Positions 9,152 through 17,628 of a DNA stretch of 50,431 nucleotides are shown here, one piece after another; within the stretch, counting starts at the first letter, position 1; the number at the start of each line of letters is the position of its first letter. Location of the stretch: positions 1 to 50,431 of the forward strand of contig CAZEML010000005.1 of assembly GCA_964513285.1 (NCBI GenBank), in the 5' to 3' direction. A program made the translations under genes and the position numbers. The stretch is from an uncultured Candidatus Nemicrothrix sp. (GTDB lineage Bacteria > Actinomycetota > Acidimicrobiia > Acidimicrobiales > Aldehydirespiratoraceae). Below the pieces are notes generated by a model. It made no database searches and had not been told where the DNA came from. It saw only the letters and a program-made list of their open reading frames with translations.

Positions 9152-10699
9152 ATGACTGACGCTCCCGCCCGTCGCCGGTCCGGTGGTCGTGCCGGCCGCA
9201 TCGCCGCTCGCCAGGCGCCGCTCCAGCAGGACATGCGCCCGGTTCGTCCCGGTCTACCCGGCGGGCTGTACAAGCCCCTGACCGAGGCCGACCTTCAGCA
9301 GGTCTACGACGCGGCGATCTGGCTACTCGAGAACGTCGGCATGGGCTCGCCGATCCCGGACTTCATCGAGGTCGTCACCGCGGCCGGCGGCCGCATGGAA
9401 GGCGACCGGCTCTACTACCCGAAGGCGATCGTCGAGCAGGCGATCCAGACCGCGGCCAAGGAGTTCATCTGGCACGCGTGGGACGAGTCGAAGTCGATCG
9501 AGGTCGGCGGCGACAAGGTCCACTTCGGGACCGGCGGCGCTGCGGTGCTCATGTACGACTATCCGTCGAACTCGTTCCGGCACTCGACCGGCGACGACGT
9601 CTACGACTGTGGCCGCCTCGTCGATGCGCTCGACAACATCCACTTCTACGTCCGCACGGTCGTGGCTCGGAACCACGAAGACAGCCGACTGCTCGACCTC
9701 AACACCGCGTACGGAGCGATCGCGTCGTGCCGTAAGCCGGTCGGCACGTCGTGGTTCGAGAAGCCGCACGTCTATGAGACCGTCGACATGCTCGACATGA
9801 TGATGGGCGGCGAGGGCGAGTTCCGGAAGCGGCCGATCCTGGCCGCCAACAACACGTTCGTCGTACCGCCGATGCGCTTCGCCGAGGAGTCGATCAAGTG
9901 CATGGTCGCCCAGGTCGAGTGCGGCATGCCGATCAACCTCCTGTCGGCCGGTCAGGCCGGCGCGACCTCACCCGCGGCCCTCGCTGGTTCGCTCGCCCAG
10001 GCGCTCGCGGAGTGTCTCGCCGGGCTCACCACCGTCAACCTGATGTCGCCGGGCCACCCCTGCATCATGGGTTTGTGGCCGTTCGTCTCGGACCTGCGCA
10101 CCGGCGCGATGAGCGGCGGCTCGGGCGAGGAAGGCGTGCTCAACGCCGCGGCGGCCCAGGTCGCCAACTGGCTCGGCCTGCCGTCCGGTGTCGCCGCGGG
10201 CATGGCCGACTCCAAGGTCCCCGACGCCCAGGCCGGCTACGAGAAGGGGCTCAACATCGCCCTCGCCGGCCACGCCGGCGCCAACATCGTCTACGAGTCG
10301 GCCGGCATGCTCGCCTCGTTGCTCGCCTGTTCGTTCGAAGGGCTCGTGATCGACAACGACATGCTCGGTTCGATCAACCGCACCGTTCGTGGCATCGAGG
10401 TCAACGCCGAGACCCTCTCGACCCAGGTCATCCAGGACGTGGTCACCGGCGCCGGCCACTTCCTCGGCAGCGACCAGACCCTCGAGCTGATGCAGCGCGA
10501 GTACATCTACCCCGACATCGGCGATCGAGACACGCCCGACAACTGGATGGATGCCGGCGGCAAGGACCAGCTCGTCCGCGCCCACGAGCGCACGACCGAG
10601 CTGCTCGAGAACCACTGGCCCGACCACATCGCCCCCGACATCGACGCCAAGGTGCGCGAGACCTTCGGCATCGACGTCAAGCAGCGACCTAGCGTCTGA
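9152..10699 (+). CDS. Trimethylamine methyltransferase (MttB) superfamily protein, non-pyrrolysine type
   Basis: GATSPAALAGSLAQ..AECLAG, DLRTGAM..GSGE, GMADSKVPDAQAGYEK, ESAGML..LVIDND motifs; ATG 9152 chosen (ORF-track extension from 8510 overlaps upstream gene). Confidence 0.92.
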   Translation: MTDAPARRRSGGRAGRIAARQAPLQQDMRPVRPGLPGGLYKPLTEADLQQVYDAAIWLLENVGMGSPIPDFIEVVTAAGGRMEGDRLYYPKAIVEQAIQTAAKEFIWHAWDESKSIEVGGDKVHFGTGGAAVLMYDYPSNSFRHSTGDDVYDCGRLVDALDNIHFYVRTVVARNHEDSRLLDLNTAYGAIASCRKPVGTSWFEKPHVYETVDMLDMMMGGEGEFRKRPILAANNTFVVPPMRFAEESIKCMVAQVECGMPINLLSAGQAGATSPAALAGSLAQALAECLAGLTTVNLMSPGHPCIMGLWPFVSDLRTGAMSGGSGEEGVLNAAAAQVANWLGLPSGVAAGMADSKVPDAQAGYEKGLNIALAGHAGANIVYESAGMLASLLACSFEGLVIDNDMLGSINRTVRGIEVNAETLSTQVIQDVVTGAGHFLGSDQTLELMQREYIYPDIGDRDTPDNWMDAGGKDQLVRAHERTTELLENHWPDHIAPDIDAKVRETFGIDVKQRPSV

Positions 10700-10776
10700 C
10701 CGGTCGACTCGTCGCCCACCCTCCGAACACTTCGTACCTGACACCAACCGTTCAGTGGTTGCCGGGGTTCGTCGAA

Positions 10777-11808
10777 TCAGTGTTCGTCGAAGGCGATGAC
10801 TGGTGGTGCCCAGCGACTGAGTGGATCCGCAGGCGAGCCATCGCCCCACGACGCAGTCGAGGAGTGGAGGGAGCGGACCAGCACCGCAGGGCGCTTGGCG
10901 TCGGAAACGAGCCGACCGCTCGGCTGGTCGATCTCGAACGCGGCATCATGGAGAAGGTCGACGTCGTCAAGGTGTCGCGGCCACGCGATCAATTCGGGGG
11001 GAGCGACGGGGTCGAGGGCCCGGAGGAGGCCCAGCCGACCCGCACGAGTTCCGGTCCACTCGACCAGATGGGCGATGCCGAGATGGCAGGTCGGCCGGTT
11101 GATCGCCAACAGCGCTGAGGCTTGATGATCCGGCCCAGCGAACTCCACCACGCGATAGTCGGCCAGCGGGTTCGCCAGTCGCCATCGCCAGAACGCCTGA
11201 TCGCGGACCGGTTCGATCGCGTCGACGGCCCCATCCTCGGCGAGTCGGCGAGTCCACTCAGAACCAGAGCGTGGACGCGACACGGTGAGGTCGGCGATGC
11301 GCTGACGGTCCAGCTGCCCGAACGGGCCCATCGAGCGCCCCAGTCGCGTTCGGCGCATCGGAGGCCCCGTCCGTCGTGCGGTGGTACGGGGTGTGGTCGC
11401 CCGCCACCTGTGCATGAGCATCGTGGGGACGTAGGAACCCTGCGCGAGGTCGACCATCAGTCGATGCCCGTCGGACGCCAGTCGCTCAGCGAGGCGCTCG
11501 AGTAGCGCGACGAAGGTGGTCGAGGGTGCCCGGTGCCGGTCCACGACCAGGTCGCCGACGATCGGGATCACGAGATCGTGGCCATCGAGTCGCCAGCGCG
11601 AGCCATGGGCCGCCGCCAGCCCGACGATTCGCCCGTCGACGCGTGCCGCTGCTATCCGGGCCGTCATCGGCGCCGGGTTGTGGACGAACTTCCACTCTGC
11701 GTACGCGCGGTTGCGTTTCGGCCCCCCACCCCACAACTCGCCCCACAGGTCGAACGCCCCGCCGAGGTGTTCCGGGCTCAGCTCGACGACGTCGAAGTTG
11801 GTCGACAT
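10777..11808 (-). CDS. GNAT-family acyltransferase (tandem GNAT-like)
   Basis: AYAEWKFVHNP, DGRIVG, VGDLVV, RDQAFWRWRLANP motifs typical of polysaccharide-locus GNATs; ATG 11808 overlaps the upstream gene end. Confidence 0.65.
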   Translation of the reverse strand: MSTNFDVVELSPEHLGGAFDLWGELWGGGPKRNRAYAEWKFVHNPAPMTARIAAARVDGRIVGLAAAHGSRWRLDGHDLVIPIVGDLVVDRHRAPSTTFVALLERLAERLASDGHRLMVDLAQGSYVPTMLMHRWRATTPRTTARRTGPPMRRTRLGRSMGPFGQLDRQRIADLTVSRPRSGSEWTRRLAEDGAVDAIEPVRDQAFWRWRLANPLADYRVVEFAGPDHQASALLAINRPTCHLGIAHLVEWTGTRAGRLGLLRALDPVAPPELIAWPRHLDDVDLLHDAAFEIDQPSGRLVSDAKRPAVLVRSLHSSTASWGDGSPADPLSRWAPPVIAFDEH

Positions 11809-12563
11809 GTCACGTAGAACCAGAAGCTCCGCCGGTCCGGCGCTTCGACCACGACGGGACGTCCGTTGAAGTCGTACATCGAGATCTCGTCGAACCCTGC
11901 TGCGATCAGCTGATCGAACTGGTCGAGCTTGGTGATGAAGTAGGTGAGGCAACCCGGTCCGGCTTCGGGATCACTCCAGAGGGCGTACTCGTCGGTCTCG
12001 ACCTGCCCGCCGCGGACCCGCCACCAGCTCGCGACGTTGCGCATCTGGGTTCGGGCCCAGGCCAGCGTCGGTCGTGTCGTGAGTCGGAGTGCCTTGATGT
12101 GGCCGCGGGCGTCTCGACTGTGGAACGAGAACACGAAGAGCCCACCGGGGACCAGAACTCGTCTCGCTTCGGCGAGGATGCGCAGGCGGGTTGGATGATC
12201 GACAGTGTCGATGCCGTTGAAGCTGAACAGCACCACGTCGAAGGTGTGGTCGCCGAATGTGTGAAGATCCGACGCATCGCCGCGTACAAAGGTTCCGGTG
12301 GGGTAGCGACGCCGACAGGCCTCGACCATGGCCGGCGAGAAGTCCAAACCGACGTAGGTGGAAGCGGTCGCCATGAGATGGCTGGAGGTCCGTCCTCCAC
12401 CGACTCCGAGGTCGAGTACCGCGCCGCGGAACTCGTCAGCATGGTTGGCGATGATCTGCTTCTCGGGTTCGTTGAGACGGTCCGAGGCCGTGTACTCGGC
12501 AACGACCTCATCCACCAGATAGTGCTCGCGGTTGGTCACCGTCGGGTCGAAGGGTGAGGTCAT
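11778..12563 (-). CDS. Class I SAM-dependent methyltransferase
   Basis: VLDLGVGGGRT, YVGLDFSPAMV, GDAS, FDVVLFSFNGID, RVLVPGG. Confidence 0.9.
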   Translation of the reverse strand: MTSPFDPTVTNREHYLVDEVVAEYTASDRLNEPEKQIIANHADEFRGAVLDLGVGGGRTSSHLMATASTYVGLDFSPAMVEACRRRYPTGTFVRGDASDLHTFGDHTFDVVLFSFNGIDTVDHPTRLRILAEARRVLVPGGLFVFSFHSRDARGHIKALRLTTRPTLAWARTQMRNVASWWRVRGGQVETDEYALWSDPEAGPGCLTYFITKLDQFDQLIAAGFDEISMYDFNGRPVVVEAPDRRSFWFYVTCRPTSTSSS

Positions 12564-12796
12564 CGTTCGTCGGTTCGCGCTCGGACGAAGGCGGCGATGC
12601 GCTCCGGAGTCCGGAATCGGTCGAGGTCGAGGTCATCGAAGCCCACGGTGACGCCATGGAGTTCCTCGAGCAGTTCGAAGAGTGTCATGAAACCGAGCGA
12701 GTCGAGGACGGCTTCGTTCACCAGGTCGGTGTCCGGGTCGATGTCCTCGACGGCCAGATGCGTCTCCAGGAACTCGATCGCCGCCGCCGGGGTCAT
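12560..12796 (-). CDS. Acyl/aminoacyl carrier protein (DltC-like)
   Basis: 78 aa, acidic; LDSLG phosphopantetheine Ser; FRTPERI end motif; 4-nt overlaps with both neighbours. Confidence 0.88.
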   Translation of the reverse strand: MTPAAAIEFLETHLAVEDIDPDTDLVNEAVLDSLGFMTLFELLEELHGVTVGFDDLDLDRFRTPERIAAFVRARTDER

Positions 12797-14322
12797 CGGG
12801 CCACCTCGGTCCGCGTCGACGGTTCGAAGAGCTCGGCGACCGCCCGGTGATCGATCTTCCCGTTCGCGGTGGTCGGGATCGTGTCGACCGGTAGCCAGCG
12901 GCTGGGAATCATGTAGCTCGGGAGGTGGCCTCGCAGCATCTGGCGGAGCCGGGCAGGCGAGAGCGGTTCGGCCTCGTCGTTGACGACGTAGGTCGCCGCG
13001 ATCTGGGTGCCGTCGAAACCGGATGACTGGAGCGCGACGACTGCGACGTCGTCGAGCTCATCGATCATGGCGAGTCCGGCAACGATCTCGTCGAGTTCGA
13101 TGCGGTGGCCTCGCGACTTCACCTGACGGTCCCGTCGCCCCTCGAAGTGCAGGACCCCGTCGTGGTCTTGCCGGGCCAGATCGCCTGTTCGATACCGGCG
13201 CTCGGTCGCCGTGTGCACGAAGGCCTCGTCGGTACGGAGCGGGTCTTGCCAGTAGCCGTCGCTGAGGCCGACGCCGCCGATGTGGAGCTCGCCGATCGAT
13301 CCGATCGGGGCGGGATCGCCATCGGGGCCGACGACGGTCGCCGTCTCTCCCGCACACGGCCGTCCGATGGGGATCGGTGGAGCGTCTGGCTCGGGACACT
13401 CGAGCACGTCGTGATACGTGCTGGCGATCGTGGTCTCGGTCGGTCCGTAGAGATTGGTGAAACGCCGTCCCGGTAGATGACGCATCCAGTAGTGCACCGT
13501 CGGTGTCGACAGGACCTCTCCACACCACAGCACCCGGCGGAGATTCGGCAGGTCGCGGCCCGCCAGCCCGTCGTAGCCGGCGACGGCGCGAAGGACCGAC
13601 GGCACCGAGAACCATTGGGTCAGGCCACGATCGGCGATCACATCGACGAAGGTCGCTGGGAGGAGATCGTGCTCGGTCGAGGCGATGTGGATCTCCGCAC
13701 CTGCGCTGAGCGAGCCGAAGACATCGTGCATTGCGAGGTCGAAGAACAGCGGAGCATGCGCTGAGTGCCGATCACCGGGCTGGACGTCGAAGTGTGCATT
13801 TGCCCAGTCGACGAAGGCGAGCACGTTTCGGTTCGAGATCGGAACGCCCTTTGGCAGTCCCGTGGACCCCGACGTGAAGAGCAGGTACGCGGTGCTGTTC
13901 GAGGTTCGGTCGGGGGAGGGCGTTCGGCCGGTCGAGATGAGGTCCTCGATCGCGACGACTGGCCCAGGCCAGGTGTCGCCTCCCGCCGCCAGGTCGAGCG
14001 AGTTCTCCCGGACGAAGATCTGCGGCTTGGCCGCGTCGAGCATCGCATGGCGCCGTCGGACCGGAGCGGTCGGGTCGAGGGGAACGAACGTCGCCCCGAC
14101 CGCGTTCACGGCGAGCATCAAGGCGATCGTGTCCGCCTGCTTCGGAAGGGCGAAGGCGGCCCGCTGTCCCCGTCTGACGCCGTGGTCAAGGAGTCCTGTC
14201 GCGAGGCGACGGGTCCGGTCGAGGAGGTCGCCGTACGTCGTCGTCGAGTCCACGTCGACCACCGCGCGCGCCGTCGGCCACGCCTCGGCCGCACGCTCGA
14301 ATCGGGTGAAGAGAGTCGACAT
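12793..14322 (-). CDS. Stand-alone amino-acid adenylation enzyme (DltA-like)
   Basis: A3 YLLFTSGSTGLPKG, A4 FDL, WCGE, NLYGPTE, YRTGD, GRRDRQVK-RGHRIELDEI, NGKID; start 14322. Confidence 0.9.
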   Translation of the reverse strand: MSTLFTRFERAAEAWPTARAVVDVDSTTTYGDLLDRTRRLATGLLDHGVRRGQRAAFALPKQADTIALMLAVNAVGATFVPLDPTAPVRRRHAMLDAAKPQIFVRENSLDLAAGGDTWPGPVVAIEDLISTGRTPSPDRTSNSTAYLLFTSGSTGLPKGVPISNRNVLAFVDWANAHFDVQPGDRHSAHAPLFFDLAMHDVFGSLSAGAEIHIASTEHDLLPATFVDVIADRGLTQWFSVPSVLRAVAGYDGLAGRDLPNLRRVLWCGEVLSTPTVHYWMRHLPGRRFTNLYGPTETTIASTYHDVLECPEPDAPPIPIGRPCAGETATVVGPDGDPAPIGSIGELHIGGVGLSDGYWQDPLRTDEAFVHTATERRYRTGDLARQDHDGVLHFEGRRDRQVKSRGHRIELDEIVAGLAMIDELDDVAVVALQSSGFDGTQIAATYVVNDEAEPLSPARLRQMLRGHLPSYMIPSRWLPVDTIPTTANGKIDHRAVAELFEPSTRTEVAR

Positions 14323-14328
14323 ACCGTC

Positions 14329-14359
14329 ACCGGTGCGCGACGGCTGGGCCAGAAATACA
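14329..14359 (-). promoter_or_regulatory. Putative ECF-sigma promoter copy 1: TGTATTTC-N15-GCACCGGT
   Basis: Ends 6 nt before the ATG of the adenylation gene; matches three other copies with the same spacing. Confidence 0.7.
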
Positions 14360-14457
14360 CCCATGCTCAGATCGGGCCACGCCGGGGCCGCTTCGGCGGG
14401 GCCCCCTCCATGCTCTAGAGTCCAGCCGAGCAAGTGCCGTCCCGGGGAGGACATCCA

Positions 14458-14649
14458 ATGAAGATCGTGGTCGATTTCGATCTCTGCGAGAGCAACGCCA
14501 TCTGCATGCAGATCGCGCCCGACGTGTTCGAGGTCCGCGACGATGACTTCCTGTACGTCCTCAACGAGAACCCCGACGACAGCGATCGTGAGCGCATGGA
14601 AGAGTGCGTCCAGCGCTGCCCCAAGCAGGCCATCTCGATCGAGGACTGA
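14458..14649 (+). CDS. Ferredoxin ([3Fe-4S] P450-partner type)
   Basis: CESNAIC...CP motif; GGGGAGG SD. Confidence 0.92.
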   Translation: MKIVVDFDLCESNAICMQIAPDVFEVRDDDFLYVLNENPDDSDRERMEECVQRCPKQAISIED

Positions 14650-14658
14650 TCGGGCCGC

Positions 14659-15861
14659 ATGGCTCGACAATCGATCCACATCGTCGGCGCCTCGCTCGCC
14701 GGTATCCGCGCGGTGGAGGCCCTGCGCCGGCGCGGCTACGACGGACGAGTCGTCCTGCTCGGCGACGAACCGTATCGCCCCTATGACCGGCCGCCGCTCT
14801 CGAAGCAGGTGCTGGCCGGCGACTGGGACGTCGACCGCATCGCGCTCACCAAGCCCGAGAAATGGGATGAGCTCGATCTCGACTTCCGGCCGGGCGTCCA
14901 GGCCACCGGCTTCGACCTCGCCAGCCGGGTGCTGTCCACCAGCGACGGCGACGACACCGTCGACGGGCTGCTGATCGCGACCGGCGCTCGCTGTCGAACC
15001 CTTCCCGGCACCGAGGCCATGGCCGGCGTCCACGTGTTGCGCAGCCTCGACGACACGCTCGCGCTCCGAGCCGAGCTCGACGACGGCCCGAGTCGCGTCG
15101 TCGTCGTGGGTGCGGGTTTCATCGGGGCAGAAGTCGCCGCGACCTGTCGAGGCCGGGGCCTCGAGGTCTCGATGATCGAGGCGTTGCCGACCCCGCTCGG
15201 TCGCGTGCTCGGCGAGGAGATGGGCCAGGTCTGCGCCGACGTGCATCTCGAGCACGGGGTCGACCTCCGCACCGGTGTCGGCGTCGACCGGCTCGAAGCC
15301 GACGAAGGACGCGTCGCCCGCGTGGTGTTGACCGACGGTGCGGTGATCGACGCCGATGTTGTCGTGGTCGGCATCGGCGTGATCCCCAACACCGAGTGGC
15401 TCGAGGGCTCGGGCTTGACCATCGACAACGGGGTCGTGTGCGACGCCACGATGCTCGCCGCCCCCGGCGTCACCGCGGCGGGCGATGTCGCCCGCTGGCC
15501 CAATGGGCGGTTCGACGAGGTCATGCGCGTCGAGCACTGGGACAACGCCATCGAACAAGGGGTCCATGCCGCGGAGCGACTCCTCGTCGACGACGACGCC
15601 GCCACGCCGTTCGAGCCGGTGCCGTGGTTCTGGTCCGATCAGTACGACCGCAAGATCCAGCTGGCCGGCCGGGTGCGCGCCGACGACGAGACCCATCTCG
15701 CCACCGGGTCGCTCGAGGAGCGGCGCTTCGCCATGTTGTACGGCCGGGGCGGAAAGCTCGTCGGCGTGCTCGGGTTCAATCGGCCACGGCACGTCATGCA
15801 GTACAAGACGCTGATCCAGGACGGCGCCTCGTTCGCCGACGCGATCGCCGCTGCGATCTGA
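14659..15861 (+). CDS. Ferredoxin-NAD(P)+ reductase (FAD-dependent, putidaredoxin-reductase-like)
   Basis: GASLAG, PYDRPPLSK, ATG, GAGFIGAE, AAGDVA, RVEHW, PWFWSDQY. Confidence 0.93.
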   Translation: MARQSIHIVGASLAGIRAVEALRRRGYDGRVVLLGDEPYRPYDRPPLSKQVLAGDWDVDRIALTKPEKWDELDLDFRPGVQATGFDLASRVLSTSDGDDTVDGLLIATGARCRTLPGTEAMAGVHVLRSLDDTLALRAELDDGPSRVVVVGAGFIGAEVAATCRGRGLEVSMIEALPTPLGRVLGEEMGQVCADVHLEHGVDLRTGVGVDRLEADEGRVARVVLTDGAVIDADVVVVGIGVIPNTEWLEGSGLTIDNGVVCDATMLAAPGVTAAGDVARWPNGRFDEVMRVEHWDNAIEQGVHAAERLLVDDDAATPFEPVPWFWSDQYDRKIQLAGRVRADDETHLATGSLEERRFAMLYGRGGKLVGVLGFNRPRHVMQYKTLIQDGASFADAIAAAI

Positions 15862-15863
15862 CA

Positions 15864-16502
15864 GTGAACGCGCCCACCGCCGTCCTCCTCGTGCTCGCGG
15901 GCATCGCCGCGGTGATCGACTGGTGGGGGGTCAGCAAGGCGCGCGTCAGCGTCGAGTTCATCTCCAAGCCGCTCGTCATCATCGCCTTGATCGGCGCGGC
16001 GCTGTCGATCGACGCGAGCGACGGCATCGTGCGCGGGCTCGTGATCGCGGCCCTCGGGGCGGCCCTCGTCGGCGACGTCGTGCTCTCCACCCCCGACGCC
16101 CGGTTCGAGGCGGGTGTGTTCGCCCTGATGGTCGCCCACGTGCTCTACATCACCGCGTTTCTGCAGTCCGGCACGCTCGACCTCGGGGCCGAGATCATGG
16201 CTGGTCTACTCATCGTCGGTGTTGGCTTCGGCGCCGTGCCGCAGATCCTCGCCGGCGCGAGAGATCAGGGACGCGTCGTCTCGGTCGGGGTCATGGTCTT
16301 CGGCATTCTCGCCGCGACCATGGCCACGCTGGGTGCGGCTACCGCAGAGCCGACGGCGGCGCTCGGCGGGGCGCTGTTCCTCGCGTCTGACGCGCTCCTC
16401 GCCTGGAACCGGTTCGTCACGCCCGCCCCCGGCGGGCGTGCGCTGGTCCACGCCACCGACCATCTGGGTCAGTTGGGCCTTGTGCTCTGGCTCGCTGCCT
16501 GA
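15864..16502 (+). CDS. YhhN/lysoplasmalogenase-family membrane protein
   Basis: SKPL, GDVVL, AHVLYI, GALFLASDALLAWNRF, HLGQ motifs; GTG start 15864. Confidence 0.8.
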   Translation: MNAPTAVLLVLAGIAAVIDWWGVSKARVSVEFISKPLVIIALIGAALSIDASDGIVRGLVIAALGAALVGDVVLSTPDARFEAGVFALMVAHVLYITAFLQSGTLDLGAEIMAGLLIVGVGFGAVPQILAGARDQGRVVSVGVMVFGILAATMATLGAATAEPTAALGGALFLASDALLAWNRFVTPAPGGRALVHATDHLGQLGLVLWLAA

Positions 16503-16633
16503 ACCGCCAGTTCGTCTGGCTCAACGAGTCTGAGTAATTCGGCTCATTTCGCTCCAGCGCCCTAGTACGCCCTGCGGTCGCTTCGCTACTACTGGCGTCC
16601 ACGGCGACCGTGAGAGGGACGGAGCGGGACACG

Positions 16634-17224
16634 ATGACCGACACCGAGCACCGGCTGAGGGGCCACCGGCATGCCGACCTGGCGACCGCGCCCGATCGAG
16701 ATTTGCTCGCCGCGTGTCGCGCCGGCGATGCGCACGCGTGGGAGCTGCTGGTCGCCCGGTATGAACGACTCGCGTTCCACATCGCCCGGCGTGAAGGGCT
16801 TGATGTGGACGCCGCCTCCGACGTGGTGCAGACCACGTTCTCGGCGCTGCTCAGCAGCCTTGATCGGCTGGAGGACTCCGATCGGGTCGGGGCGTGGCTG
16901 GCGACGGTCGCCCGCCGACAATCGTGGCGCGTGCGCGAACGAGGTCGCCGAGAAGCGCCGATCATCGACGACGAGACGCAACTCGATGTCGCGGTCAACG
17001 ACCCCGCGATCGAGCAACCGATGTGGGTCTACCAAGCGGTGCAGCAGCTCGGCGAGCCCTGTCGCACCCTGGTCACGGCCCTCTTCTTCGATCCGGCCGA
17101 ACCCAGCTACGAGGACATCGCCTCTCGACTGGGGCGTCCGGTGGGGAGCATCGGGCCGGTGCGGGCACGGTGCCTCGGCCGCTTGAGGACGCTCCTCGCG
17201 TCCGACATGGAGGGTGTGGCATGA
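16634..17224 (+). CDS. ECF-type RNA polymerase sigma-70 factor
   Basis: Region 2 (GDAHAWELLVARY, DVVQTTF, AWLATVARR) and region 4 (SYEDIASRLGRPVGSIGPVRARCL); alternative GTG start 16610. Confidence 0.93.
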   Translation: MTDTEHRLRGHRHADLATAPDRDLLAACRAGDAHAWELLVARYERLAFHIARREGLDVDAASDVVQTTFSALLSSLDRLEDSDRVGAWLATVARRQSWRVRERGRREAPIIDDETQLDVAVNDPAIEQPMWVYQAVQQLGEPCRTLVTALFFDPAEPSYEDIASRLGRPVGSIGPVRARCLGRLRTLLASDMEGVA

Positions 17225-17628
17225 GCGAATCGAACGGGCGCAACGAGCGACTCGGTCGACGACTCGGTCAGGCCGAGGCCGACGCGATGTTGCGTGAGCT
17301 TCCGCCCTCGCTGCTCCCGACCGTCGATGCCCTCCTCGACGCTGGAGACGCGCTCCCGCTGGCTGAGGAGCCGCCGCCATCGTTGCGACACGAGCTCCGG
17401 AAGATCTTCGCCGAGCATCACCGGTCCGGAGTCGACGACATCGCGTCGAGTCTGATCGACTCGTATGTCGTTCGCGAGCCGGACTACGACAGCCGGCGAG
17501 CGGCGGCTCTGGCCGGAGTTCGCGGTCTGGCCGCGGGGACGACGCTCACCTACGGCCTCCCCGATGGAGAGGTCGTGAGCGTCGCGGCGGCCCATCATCG
17601 TTTCCGTCTCGACCTGGCGGTCCGGTGA
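17221..17628 (+). CDS. Small soluble protein, candidate anti-sigma/protease substrate
   Basis: ATGA-coupled to sigma and overlapping the CHAT gene start; EPPPSLR and YDS-x6-AGVRG motifs; no TM segment. Confidence 0.65.
   Translation: MSESNGRNERLGRRLGQAEADAMLRELPPSLLPTVDALLDAGDALPLAEEPPPSLRHELRKIFAEHHRSGVDDIASSLIDSYVVREPDYDSRRAAALAGVRGLAAGTTLTYGLPDGEVVSVAAAHHRFRLDLAVR

Noticed and set aside
9152-10699. Pyrrolysine/amber read-through in the MttB homologue
   Set aside because: No in-frame TAG; Met occupies the Pyl-equivalent position; no pyl genes in the window
10777-14322. Canonical dlt teichoic-acid D-alanylation operon
   Set aside because: No DltB (MBOAT) or DltD in the window; partners are a methyltransferase and a GNAT, so dlt symbols were not assigned
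12793-15792. 999-aa ORF suggesting a large NRPS-like protein
   Set aside because: The N-terminal half is the antisense shadow of the ferredoxin/reductase genes; the real A-domain starts at 14322, right after the promoter motif
16533-16596. Autoregulatory copy of the ECF motif upstream of the sigma gene (AGTAATTC...GCCCTAGT)
   Set aside because: Both half-sites are degenerate and the spacer is 18 nt rather than 15; not counted, though a weak promoter cannot be excluded
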